A DNA stretch of 40,013 bases from an uncultured Candidatus Saccharibacteria bacterium (lineage in GTDB: Bacteria > Patescibacteriota > Minisyncoccia > Phycocordibacterales > UBA2100), in the NCBI GenBank assembly GCA_964592945.1, contig CAZQGK010000001.1:9224-49236 (forward strand), written 5' to 3'. The position numbers were made by a program, and so were the translations under genes. Below are positions 36,273-40,013 of this stretch, one piece after another. The stretch's first letter is position 1, and each line of letters opens with the position of its first letter. The notes beneath the pieces were generated by a model. The model worked only from the letters and a program-made list of their open reading frames with translations, searched no databases and was not told the origin of the DNA.

Positions 36273-37002
36273 TAGGCGCACAACGCCGGAAATGCTGATT
36301 GCGGAGCTCTCCGCAATTGAGCCGCGCATTCCGGAAATGGAGTGCCGCATTTTCCCATCCTCGTTCAATCCAAAGGACACTGATCTGCGCGCCTTTCCGC
36401 GGGCGATACATTGGCGATGGACTTCGTGTGAGCGCATGCTTCGATTCTTCGGTGCACAGGCGGTCATGACGCGAGTCCCGAACTTTTGGCAGCTTGAGTC
36501 GCTCGTTCACGCGTGTTGCCGGAATATCGGTGCGCCGCTTTTTACAAACGAACCGGAGAACCTGGCCTTGGGCGCGGCGGCTATCGTTTCTGCAAACGTC
36601 AACGCGATAATCAGCGAAGCGTCAGAGACCGCTCCATTCGTATCGTTTCTTCTTGAGCGGGATGTGCCGCTACCCGCGCTGTGGCTTCTCATCCATAAAG
36701 CGGACGCGCGCGAATGGAGTGTCCCTCCTTCGCTTATACAAAATGGAATTACCGTAGCGCAAGAGGTCCACCTATTTCCCGGGGTCCCAATTCTCCATCA
36801 ATGCCCGGCTCTCGCGAGCGACAAAAAACCCCTATTCCATGTGTCTGATGAGTACGAGTGGGAGATGTTGGAAAGCGAGACGCTTATTACGAGCGCCGGC
36901 GGCGACCCGCTTCCACTACACCGGCTGCTCCTGCCCATTTCTATCCATGCCGCCGGGGAATGCGCGTGCGGAAAAACAATTGTTCAAAAGCGCACCGTAT
37001 GA
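36256..37002 (+). CDS. F-family protein F2 (paralogue of F1)
   Basis: 248 aa from GTG 36256, which overlaps the last codons of C3; ATG 36292 is an alternative. It is collinear with F1 (IPEMECRIFPSSF, EVHLFPGVPILHQCPAL, GECACGK). The stop overlaps the A6 start (ATGA). Confidence 0.65.
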   Translation: MVASSDRRTTPEMLIAELSAIEPRIPEMECRIFPSSFNPKDTDLRAFPRAIHWRWTSCERMLRFFGAQAVMTRVPNFWQLESLVHACCRNIGAPLFTNEPENLALGAAAIVSANVNAIISEASETAPFVSFLLERDVPLPALWLLIHKADAREWSVPPSLIQNGITVAQEVHLFPGVPILHQCPALASDKKPLFHVSDEYEWEMLESETLITSAGGDPLPLHRLLLPISIHAAGECACGKTIVQKRTV

Positions 37003-38252
37003 ACCTCGAAGCCCTCAGTTCCCTCGTTACCCGCGCAACGGCCCCGGGCCGTTTCTACCGCCGCTTGTACGGCATGAAGGAAGGTGATGCGCCGCTTTCA
37101 ATCAATTCATGGGAGGAGTGGAAAACGCTGCCGCTCCTTACGAAAAGCGACCTGCTCAATGAGCCGCTTTCTGAGCGATCGTTCTTGCCAATCCGCGACG
37201 TTGACTATCTGACATCAACCTCCGGCACGACGGGGACGCTCCCTTTATTCAGTCCTCGTACCCAACTGCTCGAATATGAGTTCCGAACGGAATTTTACGA
37301 TGCCGCGGGACCGGTATTTTCATCCAAACTAGTTCCACACCAGCAGGAACAATTCCTCTCCGCGCGCAATCTCTGGCCGCGTGTTGTCGTCATAGACCCG
37401 CGCAACCCCGAAAGCTCCGTACGCCTCGCGCGCGCGGCCGGAGTCGACGCCATTTTTGCCTTCCTCTCTCACATTCCGCTCGTTGCCGGGCATATGGTGC
37501 GGGAAAGCATTGCAGAGAACATCCGGTTTATCGAGGTTGCAGGCGAGACCTGCTCGCGGGCGCAATTTGAATATATGCACAGGACATTCCCGAACGCGGT
37601 CATTATCTCAACCTATGGATTGAGCGAAGTGGAAAACTCTCCAGTCGGCATTCCCTGCCGCCCCATGACTGCCGGGAATCCGCTCCCTGTGTACCATGCA
37701 AAAGATGGCGTCTATTTAGAACTCCTCGATACCAAAACGGGTACAGTGCTCGAACCGGAAGCGGGCGTTGAGGGAGAATTGGTCATCACCGCATATCGTG
37801 GCGAACCGGCGGCATTCCCGACTCTCCGGTATAAGAGCGGCGACACCGTGCGCGTTGTTGACGAACACTGCACCGCTCATGGCTCATGGTCATTCACTGT
37901 CCTCGGGCGCTCCGACATTGATTTTGTGAAGATCCCCGGCGGCATGCTCAAAGTCGACGAAATTGGACGCACTCTTCGCGCCCTGAACGATGTGGTCACG
38001 GACAATTTTGTTCTGCATCTTCGAAACGCCGCTGACGGAGCACGGACACGGGCAATACTGCATGTCGAGCCGCATGCGGCGGTTGATCTCGCTGTTTTAG
38101 CCGGCCGTATCGCCATTGAATTGCGTGTCTCGCCCACTTCTAGCTATGCCGACGGCGTCGCACAAGGTCTCTACGAACCGCTGATATGCCAACTCCTCGA
38201 CAAAGCACGAGGCGACATATATAAGCAAAAGAGCATCATCCTCGAGCCGTAG
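36999..38252 (+). CDS. Full-length PaaK/F390-synthetase-like adenylate-forming ligase A6
   Basis: 417 aa from ATG 36999; the track start 36858 lies inside F2. Motifs are FYRRLYG...WEEWKTLPLLTKSDL, TSTSGTTGTLP (P-loop), YGLSEVENSP, YKSGDTVRV and GRSDIDFVKIPGG. Confidence 0.8.
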   Translation: MNLEALSSLVTRATAPGRFYRRLYGMKEGDAPLSINSWEEWKTLPLLTKSDLLNEPLSERSFLPIRDVDYLTSTSGTTGTLPLFSPRTQLLEYEFRTEFYDAAGPVFSSKLVPHQQEQFLSARNLWPRVVVIDPRNPESSVRLARAAGVDAIFAFLSHIPLVAGHMVRESIAENIRFIEVAGETCSRAQFEYMHRTFPNAVIISTYGLSEVENSPVGIPCRPMTAGNPLPVYHAKDGVYLELLDTKTGTVLEPEAGVEGELVITAYRGEPAAFPTLRYKSGDTVRVVDEHCTAHGSWSFTVLGRSDIDFVKIPGGMLKVDEIGRTLRALNDVVTDNFVLHLRNAADGARTRAILHVEPHAAVDLAVLAGRIAIELRVSPTSSYADGVAQGLYEPLICQLLDKARGDIYKQKSIILEP

Positions 38253-38284
38253 GCATGCGGCTCCCATGTCCCGCTGCTACCCCG

Positions 38285-38293
38285 TGGTAAAAT
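38285..38293 (+). promoter_or_regulatory. Extended -10 element (TGgTAAAAT) 6 nt from the C4 ATG
   Basis: tggtaaaat at 38285..38293, followed by caccgt and ATG 38300, with no SD. Confidence 0.4.
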
Positions 38294-38299
38294 CACCGT

Positions 38300-38536
38300 A
38301 TGGTCGGACATCCTACAGCTCGTACTGTGCGATACGCGGCGCTTGGGGTCGTCTCGTGCATATTGACCATCATCGGCCTGCAGACCCTCACCCCGCGCTC
38401 GGCGACATTGCAAAGGATTCTTCACGTAAGCACGTCGGGGGACGGGGTCTTCGCCGACAGTGGTTCCGCCTGCATCGTTGCAAAGAAGAGCTTGAAGAAT
38501 GAGGTTTTCTTCGTGAGTTGCGGAGGGTTCTTCTAG
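38300..38536 (+). CDS. Tail peptide C4: 78-aa membrane-anchored peptide ending ...NEVFFVSCGGFF
   Basis: It has a basic N-terminus, a TM helix (LGVVSCILTIIGL) and the C-terminal VSCGGFF. D3 starts 27 nt downstream. Confidence 0.7.
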   Translation: MVGHPTARTVRYAALGVVSCILTIIGLQTLTPRSATLQRILHVSTSGDGVFADSGSACIVAKKSLKNEVFFVSCGGFF

Positions 38537-38563
38537 CTTTCCCCGATACGATACAATGCCCCT

Positions 38564-40013
38564 ATGCAACGGGGCCGTCGAGTCTGGTGGGTAGCAGCCG
38601 CTTGCGCCGTCGTTATACTTGCCGCCATTGCGTGGATCGTGCATGTTAAACGGTATGACTCGGTTGATATCTTTTTCGCTACGGCGCTACGACAGGAACA
38701 CATCAAGGAACGCGTCGTCGTGGATGGGATCGTATATGCCGTGTCAGACGGACAGGTGGTGCGCGAAGGCAAGGGAACGGTGACCGGAAAGAATGCCACC
38801 GACGCACTCCGGATCGCCTACGCGCTTGCCATAACCCGCCGGAATCCGCTCCTGTCGCTTGAAGGTACCGACCCGGACAGGCTTGAGCGTGCGATTGTGG
38901 AGTTGCAGTCCGTCCAGCAGGCGCTCCATGATGCACAAGCAGAAGAGGCGGACGCACGGGCCGTAGGCTCCGCACTTTATCCTATTGAATTCCTCAAGAC
39001 TGCGGCTCGCGTAGAACGTGCGCGACGGTTATTCCTCAAAACAGGGGACCAAAAAGATTGGGAGGCTTACCGGCTGGTGCAGACAGAGACGGCGCGTGCA
39101 TATGATTCCGACGCAAGACGATTTGAACAGGCATTTATTGAAACGGTTCCCTCGGATGCGGAAAAGATTAATGTTGTGGGGGGAGGAAAGATCTTGAGCA
39201 GGGAAAGCGAGCTTGCAGCAATAGCGGGAATAAAACACAACGCCGGCCTCGTTCGGAAAGCTCTGGAGGCGCGGAGTAGTTGTGTATCAGGGACGGTATC
39301 TGCATGCGAGGAGAGTGACATTGCGCTCCCTATTGTAGAAACAAATCAAACAACTGCGGCGTCGAGCACGTCTCTTGCCCTCGCCGAAGAGGTAGAAGAA
39401 ATATTAATTCAGTCTACTCTTGCGCCGTCGCAGAACGGAACGGAAAGACCCGCGGCTGCAACAAAGCAAAGACCTGTAGAGCTATCGCAAAGCTTTTGCA
39501 TCAACTCATCGGCCGCTAGTAAGATATTTTCCGTTCGCGAGCAGAAAAACGAGAATGGGGCGGAGGTAGTATTCGTCAGCCTTATCAGTAACATACCTTT
39601 CATCAAGGCAAGTTCGTTCGCCGGTACACGTTATTTTGACTATCTTCTTTCCAAAGGCATCGAGTTCGTCCCCCTTTGGCTGACATCTACCTATACATGC
39701 GCCGAGTTGGGGAGCGACTATGGCGTCGCGCTCGTAATGCTCTCTGTCGACGAGAGTGTGCGTACGCACCCTTTCAGCGCCTTGCTGAAAAACAACACAT
39801 TGCAACTCGCTCAAGTAGAGAAAATGATATCGGATGCGCCCGTCATACGTGAATCCGATATCCGGCGCTACCTCGCCCTGGTGCGTGAATCCATGATCGG
39901 AGACAACTGTGTGGTCGGTTATTCCACAGAAATCGCGCGCTCCTTCATTGGCGACGATTGCTGGTTCCACAGCAACTACGTGGGCGACACCGTGATGGGC
40001 GACGACGTGAGTT
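38564..40013 (+). CDS. D-family protein D3 (3'-partial), with an in-frame hexapeptide-repeat (LbH)-like segment at the window end
   Basis: Open-ended, so absent from the ORF track. ATG 38564 has TACAAT 6 nt upstream. I translated it by hand with no stop through 40013. It has a TM helix (VWWVAAACAVVILAAIAWIV) and the motifs ALRIAYALAITRRNPLLSLEGTD, SCVSGTVSAC, SFCINS and TYTCAE. The last ~40 codons read MIGDNCVVGYSTEIARSFIGDDCWFHSNYVGDTVMGDDV. Confidence 0.7.
   Translation, partial: MQRGRRVWWVAAACAVVILAAIAWIVHVKRYDSVDIFFATALRQEHIKERVVVDGIVYAVSDGQVVREGKGTVTGKNATDALRIAYALAITRRNPLLSLEGTDPDRLERAIVELQSVQQALHDAQAEEADARAVGSALYPIEFLKTAARVERARRLFLKTGDQKDWEAYRLVQTETARAYDSDARRFEQAFIETVPSDAEKINVVGGGKILSRESELAAIAGIKHNAGLVRKALEARSSCVSGTVSACEESDIALPIVETNQTTAASSTSLALAEEVEEILIQSTLAPSQNGTERPAAATKQRPVELSQSFCINSSAASKIFSVREQKNENGAEVVFVSLISNIPFIKASSFAGTRYFDYLLSKGIEFVPLWLTSTYTCAELGSDYGVALVMLSVDESVRTHPFSALLKNNTLQLAQVEKMISDAPVIRESDIRRYLALVRESMIGDNCVVGYSTEIARSFIGDDCWFHSNYVGDTVMGDDVS

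Noticed and set aside
20046-38536. The [FY][VI]SC in the tail read as a lipoprotein lipobox, which after LspA cleavage would leave a diacylglyceryl-CGGF(F/LE) micro-lipopeptide
   Set aside because: A lipobox works only at the end of a signal-peptide h-region near the N-terminus. Here it lies 45-55 residues beyond the hydrophobic helix, at the extreme C-terminus, and position -3 is Phe or Tyr rather than Leu. I keep it only as a remote possibility.
20046-38536. The Gly-Gly in the tail read as a double-glycine leader cleavage site or as a ubiquitin-like/ThiS-MoaD C-terminal GG
   Set aside because: Only 1-3 residues follow the GG, so no core peptide would remain. The proteins are a TM helix plus a low-complexity linker rather than a beta-grasp fold. 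No C39 peptidase/ABC exporter and no E1-like (ThiF/MoeB) enzyme is present in the window.
8681-40013. The repeated nature of the island read as a CRISPR array, tandem DNA repeats or a mobile element
   Set aside because: The repetition is at the level of diverged protein families, not nucleotide repeats. I saw no short direct repeat/spacer periodicity and no transposase, integrase, recombinase or phage genes. I saw no tRNA at either boundary and no terminal inverted repeats.

Overview
The window has two parts. (1) Positions 1-8680 are a minus-strand housekeeping block: L31, an SLT-type peptidoglycan hydrolase, L25, a PfkB kinase, a split transketolase, Rpe, a type IV pilin-like protein, RpiB and GAPDH. 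The gene content and many -10-proximal, apparently leaderless starts fit a reduced Patescibacteria/CPR-like genome; this taxonomy is inference only. (2) Positions 8681-40013 are a ~31-kb accessory island made almost entirely of diverged paralogous families arranged in repeated sets. It holds six PaaK/F390-synthetase-like adenylate-forming (ANL) ligases: four short (A1-A4) and two full-length (A5, A6). It holds five N-domain-only ligase paralogues with no P-loop (B1-B3, F1-F2), each translationally coupled to a ligase. It holds four small N-terminally membrane-anchored peptides (C1-C4) ending in an invariant [FY][VI]SCGGF tail. It holds five members of an uncharacterised superfamily: D1-D3 are membrane-anchored with four conserved Cys, and E1-E2 lack both the anchor and the Cys. 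It also holds four orphan TctC/Bug-type solute-binding proteins, each with its own -35/-10 promoter, SD and intrinsic terminator. The rest is two sulfatase-fold (alkaline-phosphatase superfamily) ectoenzymes without the CxPxR motif, one SSS-like permease and a polyamine module (membrane-fused SpeE-like protein plus SpeH). The main candidate for a new system is the tail-peptide + ligase + pseudo-ligase + D/E module; I know no described pathway with this composition, and every functional idea below is labelled as inference. I recognised no CRISPR array, tRNA/rRNA, transposase or integrase. All domain calls come from motifs read by eye and need HMM or structure confirmation.
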